A stretch of 64,000 bases of DNA from Octopus vulgaris (taxonomy: Eukaryota). Made by a program: the position numbers and the translations under genes. Each line of letters opens with the position of its first letter. Position 1 is the first letter of the stretch. The stretch is from assembly GCA_951406725.2 (NCBI GenBank), contig OX597833.1, positions 29,140,001-29,204,000 on the forward strand, in the 5' to 3' direction. This document shows positions 48,171 to 61,584 of the stretch, piece after piece. The notes below the pieces were generated by a model. The model was not told the origin of the DNA, ran no database searches, and saw only the letters and a program-made list of their open reading frames with translations.

Positions 48171-51100
48171 CATCATCATCATTGTTTAACGTCCGTTCTC
48201 CATGCTAGCATGGGTTGGACGGTTCGACCGGGGATCTGGGAAGCCAGAAGGCTGCACCAGGCTCCAGTCTTATCTGGCAATGTTTCTACAGCTGGATGCC
48301 CTTCCTAACGCCAACCATTCCGTGAGTGTAGTGGGTGCTTTTTACGTGCCACCCGCACAGGTGCCAGGCGAGGCTGGCAACAGCCACGGTCGGATTGGTG
48401 CATTTTACGTGCCACCGGGACGGAAGCCAGTCGAGGCGGCACTGGCTTCGTCCACGATTCGGATGGTGCTTTTTACGTGCCACTGGCATGGAAGCCAGTC
48501 GAGGCAGTGCTGGCATCAGCCACAATTTGGATAGTGCTTTTTACGTACCACAAGTCCAGGGGTCCTGGCATCTGCCAGGTGCCAGTCATAGGATTGGTTC
48601 AATTTCGATTCCGATTCCGATTTCGATTTCGATTTCACTTGCCCCAACAGGTCTTCGCAAGCAAAGAGGGTTGGCATGGGTGCCTGTCGTCGGATGAGGT
48701 TCGATATCGACTTCGCTTGCCTCAACAGGTCTTTGTGTGTCCAAGGCAGGAAAGGCATGCATAAGTGGGCTGGGCTCACTTGTCCTGCCTGGTCTTCTCA
48801 CGTACAGCATATTTCCAAAGGTCTCGGTCACTGGTCATTTCCTCAGTGAGGCCTAAAGTTCGAAGGTCGTGCTTTACCACCTCGTCCCAGGTTTTCCTGG
48901 GTCTACCTCTTCCATGGGTTCCCTCAACTGCTAGGGATTGGCACTTTTTCACACGTCTATCTTCATCCATTCTCGCCACATGACCATACCAGCGCAATCG
49001 TCTCTCTTGCACACCACAGCTGATGCTTCTTAGGTCCAACTTTTCTCTCAAGGTACTTACACTCTGTCGAGTATGTACACTGACATTACACATCCATCGG
49101 AGCATACTGGCTTCATTCCTTATGAGCTTATGCATGTCCTCAGCAGTCACGGCCCATGTTTCACTGCCATGTAGCATGGCTGTTCGTACACATGCGTCAT
49201 ACAGTCTGCCTTTTACTCTGAGCGAGAGGCCTTTTGTTACCAGCAGAGGTAAGAGCTCCCTGAACTTTGCCCAGGCTATTCTTATTCTAGCAGTTACACT
49301 TTCAACGCACCCACCCCCACTACTGACTTGGTCACCTAGATAATGGAAGCTATCAACTACTTCTAGTTTTTCCCCCTGGAAAGTGACGGAAGTTGTTTTC
49401 TGCAGATTTTCAGAGGTTAATGCTCCCGAGCATCTGCCACATACAAAGACTATCTTCCCAGTTAGCCTTCCTTTGACATTGCTGCACCTCTTATGTGTCC
49501 ATAGCTTACACTGGGTACATCTTATAGAGTTTCTACCTACACCTTTTCTACAGATCGAGCAGGGCCATCTTCCTGAAGACATTTGTGGATTGTCTACCTT
49601 CCTACTTATTAGTACTTTGGTTTTAGCTAGGTTGACTCTAAGGCCCTTCGATTCTAAACCCTCCTTCTACACCTGGAACTTCTCCTCCAGTTCTGATAGT
49701 GACTCAGCAATTAGAGCAAGGTCGTCAGCATAGAGGAGCTCCCAGGGGTAACCTGTCTTGAATTCCTCCGTAATTGCCTGGAGGACTATGATAAATAGGA
49801 GGGGGCTGAGAACTGAACCCTGGTGGACCCCAACCTCTACTTTGAATTCTTCTGTGTACATGTTGCCAACCCTAACCTTACGGCATCCCTGTACATGGCT
49901 TGCACAGCCCCATTCATCTATCCCTAGTTTCCTCATTGACCACCAGATAAGGGATCGGGGGACCCTGTCAAAGGCTTTCTCCATGTCAACGAAAGCCAGG
50001 TACAGGGGCTTATCTTTGGCTAGGTATTTCTCCTGCAGCTGCCTTACCAGGAATATAGCATCAGTGGTACTTTTCCCTGGCACAAACCCAAACTGCATCT
50101 CATCTAAACTAACTCTCTCTCTAATTAGTTGGGCTATGACCCTCTCCGTAACCTTCATTACCTGATCCAACAGCTTGATACCTCTGTAATTATTTGTATC
50201 TAGGGCGTCACCTTTCCCTTTGTAGCAGTTGACTAGTATGCTGCTACACCAGTCATTGGGTATGACTCCGTGTATCACCTGGTTGACTATACGGGTGACT
50301 AGGTTATAGCCGACACTGCCAGATATTTTGAGCATCTCTGCAGTAATTCCTGATGGGCCTGGGGCTTTCCCTGTCTTCATGCTTCTAATTGCTTTAACTA
50401 CCAAAGAATTGTCAACTCGGATGGCTGGTCCCTCTGTTGGGTTGACATTCGGCAGACTCTCTTTATCCCATTCATTTTCTTTATTCAGCAACCTTTCATA
50501 GCGGCATCTCCAAACCTCTCTCTTTGCATCCTCATTTAGCACAAGTGAACCATCATCCATGCAGACACATTTCTCTCCTACCACATCACGATTCTCTCTC
50601 ACACACTGTCTTGCAACACGAAATACCTCAAGTCTTTCATCCTCACGGCTCAGAAAATTGGCAAATTTTTTCTTATCCACTTCCCCTCTGGCTAAATAAA
50701 CCTGTCTCCAAGCTTCCCTTCTGGCTGTCTGATACAATTCCCTGCAACCACCGTTCTTCCAGTACTTCCAAGCCTGTATCTTTTGTCTAATAGCCCTGTC
50801 AACCACAGTGTTCCACCACCACGTTACTCTGGGTCGAGATGGTACTTTGCTCCATCCACAGATCTGGTCAGTGGCTGTCAGCAGATTGTTCCATAGAAAT
50901 CTCCAGTTGTCTTCCACATTAAGTGAAGCTATATCCCCTTCTATTTCATCAAAGGCTTCAAGTAGTATGTCCCTAAATCTCTGTCCATTTGCAGGATCTT
51001 TAACCTTCCAGACCCTTCTCCTCCAAGCTGGTCTTCTGGGCAACCATTTAGCTCTGATCCTGAAGTCGCTAACTACTAATCTATGTTGAGGAGTACATTC

Positions 51101-51717
51101 TTCGCCTGGAAAGGTTTTGGCATTTATAAGCAGCCCTCTTTCCCTTTTTCTGGCAAGGATGTAGTCAATCTGGCTAGTGTGTCTGCCAGAACGGTAGGTG
51201 ACTAGGTGAGAGGTGGGTTTCCTGAAGTTGGTATTGCAGACCATAAGGTCATTTGCATTGCAGAACTCCAGCAGCCTGGTTCCCTCTTCATTACGAGAGC
51301 CAAAACCGTAGCCTCCATGAACGCCATGGAAGCCCCCGACATGCCGTCCAACATGTCCATTGAAATCACCTGCCACAAAGAGAAGGTCACTGTCATTTGT
51401 CAACGAGGTAGTCCGCAATAGGGTGTCATAGAATTGGTCTTTCTGTCCTTCTGGTAGCCCTGGTTGAGGGGCATATGCCGAGATGATGGTAGCTGACCTA
51501 TGGTGAAGTACTAATCTAATTTTAAGTACTCTGTCACATACTCTGACTACCTCGATTACCTTATCTACTCATTTCTCCGCAAGAAGTATACCCACGCCCC
51601 CGACCCCGTCAGTGTTCCCTGCCCAGAAAATCTTGTACCTGTGTTCCTTGCCTGTGAGGAGCCTAGCGGAACCTCCTCTCCACCTTACTTCCTTGATGCA
51701 GCATAAATCCACACGTC
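48171..51717 (-). mobile_element. RTE LINE (copy 2), slightly 5'-truncated, with stops and frameshifts
   Basis: ORF pieces 49667-51418 (EN-RT, YADD) and 48776-49582 (PHD and C-terminus). EN continues to RVDLCCIKEVRW at about 51715. (CAT)n tail at 48171. Confidence 0.96.
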
Positions 51718-52131
51718 ATGTATGTTTATTGAGTTCATAAATCCGTTTTATAGGCATAATGGTATATATGTGTAATATTCCAATATCCTTTGAGAAAAAT
51801 CCAAAAGTGCAACAGATGTAAAGTTTATAAGCAATGTCTCAAAGGATATTGGAATATTACACATATATACCATTATGCCTATAAAACGGATTTATGAATT
51901 CAATAACCATACATATCTTACATATATTTTCTTTTCTCCACCTCACTCTCTATTTGTATCACATCAAAACTAACTATGACTTAATTTTTCCTCTCACACC
52001 GTCTCCGATGAAGGGATATTATTATTAATTAATATTCTAGAAACTTTTGTAAAACCTTCTATCTATAAATGTTCTAATATCTATACAGCCATAGTTTTTT
52101 TATCTCATTACACAAAAAATTCATATATATA
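51718..52131. repeat. Inverted-repeat (Penelope-like) element; its left arm continues at 47955-48170
   Basis: 51718-51795 pairs with 51837-51914 around a 41-nt loop. 51915-52131 is the reverse complement of 47955-48170. Confidence 0.9.
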
Positions 52132-52282
52132 CACACACTGACATAGAACCAACGTTGAACCCTTTATTCGCAATATTACAGAATCTGGAATATTACACAT
52201 ATATACCATATATACTATGGTCTGTCTAAAGCACTTATTCAGGATTACCTGACACCTTTGGGTCTCAATGATACCATTATTT

Positions 52283-52322
<40 letters not shown>

Positions 52323-52326
52323 TGTA

Positions 52327-52547
52327 TACAAGAGGGTGCTGAAAAGTCTCTGACTTAATGAGTATCACAAAAGGCCTGGCTGGAGGCCCAACTTTCCAAG
52401 TTCTTTTGCAGGTCTTAGAAGAACTGAAGGACCACTGCTATTAATGTGTGATTCTGAGAGGGGAATAAGTTAAATAAAATCATAATTAACTGATCCTCCT
52501 GTGTTTTCTTTTAACCAAAGCCAGGAACTTTCCAGCCGCTCCTCATG
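52327..52547. mobile_element. Mariner-derived MITE
   Basis: Degenerate TIRs tacaagagggtgctgaaaagtctctgac and gccaggaactttccagccgctcctcatg, about 220 bp apart. Confidence 0.6.
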
Positions 52548-52557
52548 TGTATATATA

Positions 52558-54260
52558 TCATCATCATTTAGCGTCCGTTTTCCAGGCTAGTATGGGTTGG
52601 ACGGTTTGACATGGAGCTGACCAGAGTTCACTTGTCTGTTGTGGCATGGTTTCTACAGCTGGATGCATCTGCACAGGTGTGTATATGCAGCACCGGCATG
52701 AGTGCATTTTATGTGACACCAGCACCTGTAAAAGACAAGCCTGTATGTAGGGGTGACAGTGATTTTACTTGGCTTGCTGCGTCTTCTAAAGTACAGCAAA
52801 TTGTCACAACTCCTGGTCCCTTGTCATTTCCTCAGTGAGGCCTAACATCCCAAGATCCTTTCTCACCACTTTGTCCCATGTCTTCCTGGCTCTACCTCTT
52901 CTGCAGGTTTCTCCACAATTAGAGCTTGGCACTTCTTTATGCCACTGTCCTCATCCATGTGCATTGCCTGACCAAAATAGTGCACACAACTTTTGATGCC
53001 TCTTATACCCAGTTTTCCTCTTAAATCATTTACTTTCTGTCATATGTGCACACTGACATTACTCATCCAGTGGAATATGCTAGCTTCAGTTCTTTCAAGC
53101 CTTCACAAGTCCCCTGTAGTCAAAGCCTACATTTCACAGTCATGTAGCATAGCTGTAAGTACACAGGCATCATACAATCTGCCTTTCACTCTGAGGGAGA
53201 TGCCCTTAGTTATCAACAAAGGTAGAAGCTCTCTGAACTTTGCCTAGCCCAGTCTTATTCTAGCAACTACACTTTCAGGACTTCCTCCTTTGCTGTTAAC
53301 TTGGTCTTGTAGGTAACAGAAGCTATCTACTACTGTTGATCCCCTTGAGCATTTGGGGGAGTTTATTGCTTGCACATTTTCACATTTTACTTATTGTACC
53401 CACACATTTGACACACACAAAGACTGTTTTCTCTGTTAACCTTACTGTGATACTGCTACATCTCTTATGTGTCCAAAACTTGCACTGAGTACAATGTATG
53501 GAGTTTCTACTAACATCTTTCGTACATATCACACAGGGCCAACTCCCAGAATGCACTTGTGATTTGTCTGTTTTCCTACTTACTAGCACTTTGGTTTTTG
53601 CTAAATTAGCTCTGAGGCCCTTAGATTCTTGGCCTTACTTCCACTCCTGAAATTTCTTCTCTATGTCAGTTAGTGATTCAGCTATAAGACAAGATCATCA
53701 GTGTAGAGGAGCTCCCAAAGACAGCAGGACTTGAATTTCTCTGTTAAGGCCTGGAAGATTAAGATAAATGGGGTGGGGGATTGCTGAGAACTGAGCCTTG
53801 GTGAACTCCTACCTGTACACTGAATTCAATGCTATACTCATTGCCAACCTTCACCTTACTGGCAGCATCCCTGTACATGACTTATACAGCTCTCACTAAC
53901 CACTCATCTAACCCTAGCTTCTGTATTGACCACCAGATAAGGGAGTATGGGACCCTGTCAAAAGCCTTCTCCATGGCAATAAAAGCCAAATACAGAGATT
54001 TATTTTTGGCTAAATACTTCTCCTGCAGTTCCCTAACCAGGAATAAAGCATAATTGTGTTCCTACCTGGCACAAATCTTCACTGCATCTCATTTACGCTA
54101 TCTTTCTAATTAATTGGGCTATGACCCTTTCTGTGACTTTCATCACCTGGTTCAGCAATTTGATACCTCTGTAATTATTTCTGTCTAAGGCATCACCTTT
54201 GCCTTTGTAGCAGTTGACTATAATGCTGCTACACTTCCCCTGTATACAACCTGGTTAACT
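52558..54260 (-). mobile_element. Older RTE LINE relic (RT, PHD, C-terminus)
   Basis: ORF 53380-53589 reads WPCVICTKDVSRNSIHCTQCKFWTHKRC..CVKC. (CAT)n tail at 52558. Colinear with copy 2. Confidence 0.9.
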
Positions 54261-54305
54261 TCAACACATAGAATAACACTTGATTAGCTAAGAAAGTAAA
54301 AATTA

Positions 54306-54760
54306 TGTAATAAAAACCACAAATCTTGTTAAATACAGCTACCCAGGGTTTCCAAATCTGCTTTTTAACCTTTTCATTTCTGTATTTATTCTGTGTTTCT
54401 CTCAATTATTTTAGATATAACAAAAAATTTTGTAAAAGGAACATTAATTGTGGCTAAGGTTTATTGGAAGATTTTAATTCAAAACTTGTGAAAACAAGAT
54501 ATGCATACTACAGAACCTGTTTCAGTCAGGTTGTTAACAAAAGGGTTAAGCTGATTACATTTAAACAAGAGCTACTGATCTCCCTTGAGTGTTTTCTTTG
54601 TCTTCTTCCTTATCAGTATCCCTTGTTTAAATGTCATCTGCTTGAAAAAGCAACTGATGAATGGTCTTGTTCTTGGTTTGAAAAATGGCAAAATAAGTTA
54701 ATGTTTAGACCAGGAAATGCTGGGTGGCTGTATTTAACAAGATTTGTGGTTTTTCATTAT
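54306..54760. mobile_element. MITE with ~45-bp TIRs containing a nested piggyBac-like MITE (54369-54545)
   Basis: aaaaaccacaaatcttgttaaatacagctacccag at 54312 is inverted at 54720-54754. The inner element is bounded by TTAA-cc...ggg-TTAA. Confidence 0.7.
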
Positions 54761-54819
54761 AACTAACACGTACGTATGCATGTGCATACATACATAGATA
54801 CATATGTAGATACACACAT

Positions 54820-57200
54820 ATCATCCTCATTATCATTTAAGGTCCTTTTCCATGCTGGTATGAGTTGGACAGTTTTACAGGGGCTGGCAACCCAGAGGAC
54901 TGTATCAAACTCCAATATCTGATTTGGGGTGGTTTCAATGGTTGATTTTATGTGAAACCTGCACTAGTGAGACCAGAATGTGACTCACAAGACATGACTC
55001 AATGAAGTGAATTGGCTTTACGCCATGTGATGAGAGGCTAAATCATGATAGAAGAGCAAGAACAGGTGTCTTGCTGTAGGGAGATATATCGTTATCCGAG
55101 TTGGATAATAAAGAGGATGGTGGCGAAGATGTATCAGGGTATGCTTTCAAGTTACTATCTATAAGAAAATGGTCTGGGTAGATAATTGAGTTTATGGGAG
55201 ATTGGCAGATGGACAGAGATGGGGATAGAGGGAAATGCAATGAGTGGTGAACTTGGTGCAGTATGATCATAAATATCATTTAGAGGGAAAGGTAGACTAA
55301 GTAGATGTAGTTCAGGGAGGTAATAAGTGGTTGTAAAGATGGTATGAAACGTGTGAGTGTACGGTGCAAGAAAGATGCACACTGCCAGGGACTAAATCAG
55401 AGATAAATAAGGGTGGAAAGAGTGGAAAATGAATCGAGGTAATGGGGGAAGGGTTACAGTTGGCAAAATGAATGAGTATACAGGTGAAAGGGGTATTCAA
55501 TGGGAAATAAGAAAGTAAGGGATGATACTGAGAATGTGTGAGAAAAAAAGAAGTGGTTCCAGGGAGGATGAGCTGTGTTGCTAGTCTATGAAATATATGC
55601 AGTTCTGTTCTTATAATTACAACAGCTGAAAGAGTAGTGCCTTAGTCAGCAGAGTGATGGAGTGGGTGGATGTTAGAAAGATGAATTGTGGGAGGGATGG
55701 GCATTAGGAGAATGGATTGTTGGAGTAGCAGTTCATAAGAGACAAATTGGGTGCAGGGGCATAGAAATAAACAACATGCTTTTAGAGCCTCACTTTTACT
55801 TGGACTGATTTTCTTGAGCAGAGCCAATCATCTTCCTCCTTTGTTATCTCCTCCATGATGCTCAGCCTCTGGAGGTCATTTTTCACTACTTCATCCCACA
55901 TATTCCTGGACCTTCCTCTTCCAGATGTTCCATCAGCATGTAACAATTGGCACTTCTTTATGTATCTCTCCTTATCCATCTGTTTCACATGACCATACCA
56001 ACAGTTTTCTCTCTTGTGCATTACATCTGATGCCTCTTGTGCCCAGTTTTTTATCAACAATCTGTACTTTGTCATATATGCACACTGATGTTGTACATCC
56101 AGTGGACTATGCTAGCTTTGTTTCTTTCAAGCCTATGCACATTTCACTATCATGCAGCAAAGCTGTTCATGTACAAGCATCATCATGCAATCTGCTTTCC
56201 CTCTGAGCGAGAGAGATGTTTTGTTGCCAACAGAGGTAATAGTTGTCTAAATTTTCTCCATCCTATTCTTATTCTAGCAATGATACTTTCAGAACATTCT
56301 CCTTTATTACTAATTAGGTCACCTAGGTAACAAAAGCTATCCACTACCTGAAGGAAGTGTCCATAGTATTTGAGAAAATCTATTTCCTGTATGTCCTTAA
56401 TGTTTATTGCTCCTGTGCATCTTTTGTATATAAAGACTACTTTTTCTGTTAATCCTTTGTGTGTCCATTTATAGCTTGCACTGGGCACGCCATATAGAAT
56501 TCTTTCTTACACCTTTCCTTCATATAAAGCAGGGCCATTTATTGAGGTGAAAGGAGTCATGTCTATTTTCCTGTTTAATGGAACTTTGCAATTTGGTCCA
56601 TGTTTTGTTTTTATGCCTGATATTTCTTCTCTAATTCTATTACAAACTCTACTATGAGAATGAGGTCATCAACATAAAGCAGTTCCTCAGTGCAGTCAGT
56701 TTTAAATTTCTCTGTTCTGGCTGGAGAACAATAAGGAATAGGAGGATACTGAGAATCAAGCCTTGGTGAACTACCAGTATTCATCACTAACTCTCATGAC
56801 AGTACTGCTGTACATGGCTTGTGTGGTTTTCACAACCTATTTGCCCAATCCTAGCCTCTTTAGAGACAAGCAGAGGACTTTGTTGGGGTTTTTTTTCCAG
56901 AGCTAAATACTTTGCTGTTGTTTTAGTAAGAAGATGGCATCAGTAGCATTCTCCTCAAAACAAAACCAAACTGCATTTTATCTTGTCTAATTTTATTCTT
57001 AATTAGTTGGCCTATAACTCACACTGTAATTTTCATGATCTGATCCAGCAATTTGATATCACTGTAATGACTTCTAAGGTATCTCCTTTACCCTGTATAT
57101 AATGCTGCTTCACCAGCCATTGTGTATGACACCTTTCTAATTAAGTATACAGGTGACTCGACCATTCTGCCAGATATTTTAAGCATCTCAAAGGTATTTC
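54820..57200 (-). mobile_element. Older RTE LINE relic with a long pyrimidine-rich 3'UTR
   Basis: ORF remnants WYGHV..GRGRSRNMWDEVV (55782-56075) and VVDSFCYLGD..IIARIRIGW (56183-56488). Tail-like tcatcctcattatcatttaa at 54820. Confidence 0.85.
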
Positions 57201-58046
57201 CTGATTTGTTAATTAAGGTGGTGAGCTGGCAGAATCCTTACCCTGCCAGGCAACATGCTGAGTGGCATTTCATCCATCTTTACATTCTGAGTTCAAATTG
57301 GTCAACTTTGCCTTTCATCTTTTCAGGGGTTGATAAAATAATAACCAGTTGAGCACTGGATTTGAGGTAATCAACTTACCCTATCCCCCAAAATGCTGAC
57401 CTTGTGCCAAAATTTGAAATCAGCATTTGTTGAGTATTTCGTAGATTTCACCAAAACTTTTACCAATCATTTTGCAGGATGGACTCAATGCATGTTATGT
57501 CACTAGCACAAACGGTGTTTTCTACCTGGATACAAAGTCTCCTGTATTTTGTACAAATTTTTGATTTAAAATTACTTCTCTCTTTGATGGGTTGTTTTCA
57601 CCACAGCTTGCAGAGTCCATATGTCTTCCAAACATTTCTGCTCTTGTTTTTATAAAACAGGATAATTTTGCTCTTTAGCCACTTGTACATATTTTCTTCT
57701 CAATCTGTTGATGTGTGCAGTTGACTGTAAGGCCTTGATATAAATATGTAACAAACATATATCAGTCTCTACAGATATATTTAACACTTTTATGCACAAC
57801 AGGATAATCCAATATAATTGTAACAATGAAAGAATTGAAATTTCTATGAATTTTAAGAAAAACATTCAAATTTAACAGAAAAGACAATTTTACATGCCTT
57901 CCTCTCAAAAAACAAAAACTAAATTGCCAAAATACTTTAAAATTAAAAAGAGTAATTTATGTTCAGTCTGTTTAAACCATATCTGAAAAGATGCTTTTTT
58001 ATTCTGTTTACACATATCAATAAGGACAGTCTATATCCTGCTTGTG

Positions 58047-58365
58047 TGAAGGTTTGTGGCTCAGTGGTTAGGGTATTTGGCTCACGATTGCAAAGTCATG
58101 AGTTCAATTCCTGGCAATGTGTTGTGTCCTTGAGTAAGATATTTTATTTCATGTTGCCACAGTTGACTCAGCTGGCAAAAACGAGTAGTAACTATATATA
58201 TTTCAAAGGGCCAGCTTTGTCACACTCTATGTCATGCTGAATCTCCTTGTGAACTACTTTAAGGGTACCATGTCTGTGGAGTGCTCAGCCAGTTGCACAT
58301 TAATTTGACAAGTAGGCTGTTCTGTTGATCAGATCAACTGGAACCCTTGTCATTGTAAGTGACAG
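58047..58365 (+). mobile_element. tRNA-derived SINE, family of 3380-3620
   Basis: tggctcagtggttagg (A box), gagttcaattcc (B box) and gttgtgtccttgag. Confidence 0.75.
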
Positions 58366-59832
58366 TGTCTATATATCCTGCTTGTTTATACATATTTTCT
58401 GAAAAGAGAAAAAAAATAATAACTATTTATTCTTGTTTATATATTTAAGACTTATTGACAATGAGGATTTTCAACCGAAAATCTCACAAAGCCTTTCTGA
58501 GATAATAATAATGTTTTATCTTTTTAGTATATAAAACCGAGTGTATGTTTCATTTTGTTGGCTACAGTTTTGCACCTACGTAACTAATTTTTATACTTTG
58601 CAATGAGACACATATTTTCAAGAATTTGATCATTCGCTATGTGACTTTTTTTGATACTTTCTATAAATCAGTGCCAGAAACTGCTGCTAATGCATTTATA
58701 TTTTCGTAGTTTTACATTCGACTCCTTTTGAGGCTTATATGAGTTGAATGGTTTCTGTTGGTGTAATTGTTTTTACATATGAATGCCGCTCCTATTGCCA
58801 GCCACTCAACTCAATCATGCTAACTTAATCACAACGAATGATTAGAACCTGGAGTTATGCCCCTTGACTAGCAAACAAGTTGCAGTTGTAAGGTTTGATT
58901 CCAATACTATGTGTAGTAGAATGCCAATGTATCCTTACAGCTGTCTCTGATAACAGTTAAGGTATATTCACAATACAGTCTGTAAATAGCTAATTATTGC
59001 TTAAAACCAGGTCAATCCTCATTCAGCAGATCTATGCTCGAAAGTGTTCCATTCAGAACGATGCTGATATGTGACTACATCTTGGAATTCTAAGATTAAA
59101 ACTAATGAAATAGTTGCTGTATATTTACTAAAAGAATAATAAAAAAAAACTAGTAACATAATATTTTGAATCTTTCATGGCAATTTTAAACACTCCTCTG
59201 TTCATTAAATAGAATTTCTCAGGGAATAAAAGTTTTGATTTAGCAACAATGTTAGAGACAGATTTTGTTCATTGTCCTTTAAACTCATTTCATGTCATCT
59301 ATAGCTTAGTTTTACACCACAACCTGGCCCTTAGGTGTACTACTTTTTGTGGCATGCATTGTGTTGCAGACTTCTGCACCAAGTCTCTGCTTTTAGAGTA
59401 CCTTGCACACTTTCTTCTCCTTCCTATCTCAGAAGCCCTGTCAAGAGTAAGAACACTAAATTTCCTCCTATGACTAGAGCATTAATTTTTTTTAAATGTG
59501 ATCCATTACAGACAAATACTTCAATTTCACTTTACTTAATACTAAAAAGTCAAGAAAAAGTGAATGATTCTACTTCAGCAGCAATCAATAGTTATCTAAA
59601 TATCTTGTTGAAAGACATGACATTATAAATCCCAATTGGGACAATCCACCATAAAAATATATGTTGAAATGGCAATCTAAAAAATGTTAATACAATGATT
59701 CTTTAAACTCACATCTGCACTATGTCCATAGTTGCTTTATTATAATTCTTGTGTCAACTATATTTACTGCAAAAATTAACTATGGCCTTTTAAATACTCT
59801 TGTTGAAAGTAACATTGATGTTTTCATACATC

Positions 59833-60115
59833 ACATCATCATCAACATTTAACGTCTGTTTTCCATGATGACATAGGTTGGACAACTTGACTTACAAGGC
59901 CAGAAGCAGCACCAGCACACACACCAATGCTTTTTACATGGCACCTTGGTTTTAGGATCTCAATTCTATTGTGGTGGGTGGGTCTTCCTGAGTACAGCAA
60001 TGTCTCACATATCAGTCCTCTGTCATCTTTCTGTGGCTGAGTGTTTTGAGATCAGCCTTCAATACTTTGTCCCATGTCATCCTGGATCTCCCTCTTCCAT
60101 AATGTCCTTCCACGT
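59833..60115 (-). mobile_element. Short RTE 3' relic
   Basis: catcatcaacatttaacgtctgttttccatg tail plus degenerate tttgtcccatgtcatcctgg (GRPxKTWD-like on minus). Confidence 0.65.
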
Positions 60116-61370
60116 CACCATATTTAAAAAAAAAAAGTAATTGTTAAAAATGTTTTATCTTGCATTGACTGAATATCTCATGTTTCATTCCAATACACAG
60201 CTGCCATGTCAGGTTTTTAACTTAACATTGACAGTTATGTAACGCTACATTATGCTGCTAATATGCACTTATGAATCAATGTTAAAAAAATGAACTATTG
60301 TTTTGTTTTTCATTCAGGAAGGACACATAGAACTTACTCAATCTGTCTCCTCTTTAATCATTGCATGTAGGATTTCCAAACTTTTTGTTTGCTACCTCTA
60401 ATTTTTGATTATTTATATAATATCACAGCATGTTTCTCAAAGGAAGTATTCTAAAAAAAATTGAGACAAGGTGAGCATTGCTGGATAGGAATCATTGAGG
60501 ATTAACGAAGATGATAGGAGAAAACAAAAACAAAATTTTAAAAATTACTGATTTGTTTCAGGAAAGTACTGGTGATTTTATGAAATGAAAAGGGTACATT
60601 TGAGTGAAAACACTCGAGAGCCAACAAAGAAGGCTCTACACGGCTGCTTGGCTTGCTAAAAATAGCAGCCAGATTTTTAAAAGTATAATTATGTTATTAA
60701 AAAAATGATTTGTTGAATGATCCTAGACACCCTGTATCTAAATACGAAAAGATGGGATGGGCACCACTGGATCATAGGCCTGCTCAAGTCAACCTAGAGA
60801 TAAACAACAAGTTTGTCCATAAAGATATTGAGCAATATATACAAAAAGAAATGTAACTGAGGAGTACACTCTGTCTCATTGAGTATGGTTGGTACATGGA
60901 AATTGAAAATTCCTAGTAGCAAATTGCAACTCATTATGTAGAAAAATAAATTATTTTACACAACCAGATGTGTTATAGACAATAGGATCAACATTAGTGG
61001 TTATGCTTAAATAAGGGGTTTCAAAATTGGAGTAAATTACACCTACCAAGGAGATAAATTTGCTCATTTGGATCGTACAGTTATTTTTCAATTATAAATT
61101 TTAAAAATCTGAAGTTGTGAAGGAAATTTGAAGTAGACCTATTTTGTGAAAAAAAAAAACAAAAAAAAAACAGTAATTTCTTTTACCACTTTGAATTTAA
61201 CAACCTGCATTTTATATCTTTAATTATTGTGTTGCTGATGGAATTGTCTAATTCAGAAGACCGTGTTTGGTTCTAGTATCTGTTCATCATTAGTTCATAA
61301 ATCAACGAAATAACATTGTTATGTAGTACTATCATTACTGTTAGTTGAATAGAAAAATAATAATGCTTAA

Positions 61371-61584
61371 CCATTTAGCATTCAGATTACTCTGTCAAAT
61401 GTAATGCCTATTTATTCCCACTATTTTGAATTAATCATGTAATATTTCATAGCTTTGAGATTTTAATGATATGATTGTTTAGTTTTACAATGACAAGGTA
61501 TAAAAGGCCAAATCTGGCTGGTTTGAACATAAAACAGATAGAATACTTTGGAAGATGGATATGGCCAGTTTAAGTGCAAAAGGG
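61371..61584. mobile_element. piggyBac-like MITE
   Basis: TTAA|ccatttagca...tgcaaaaggg|TTAA, 214 bp. A second copy lies at 23274-23492. Confidence 0.75.

Noticed and set aside
48334-48552. CRISPR-like repeat-spacer array
   Set aside because: It lies in a eukaryotic LINE 3'UTR, the spacers are related to each other, and there are no cas genes. It is a tandem module expansion.
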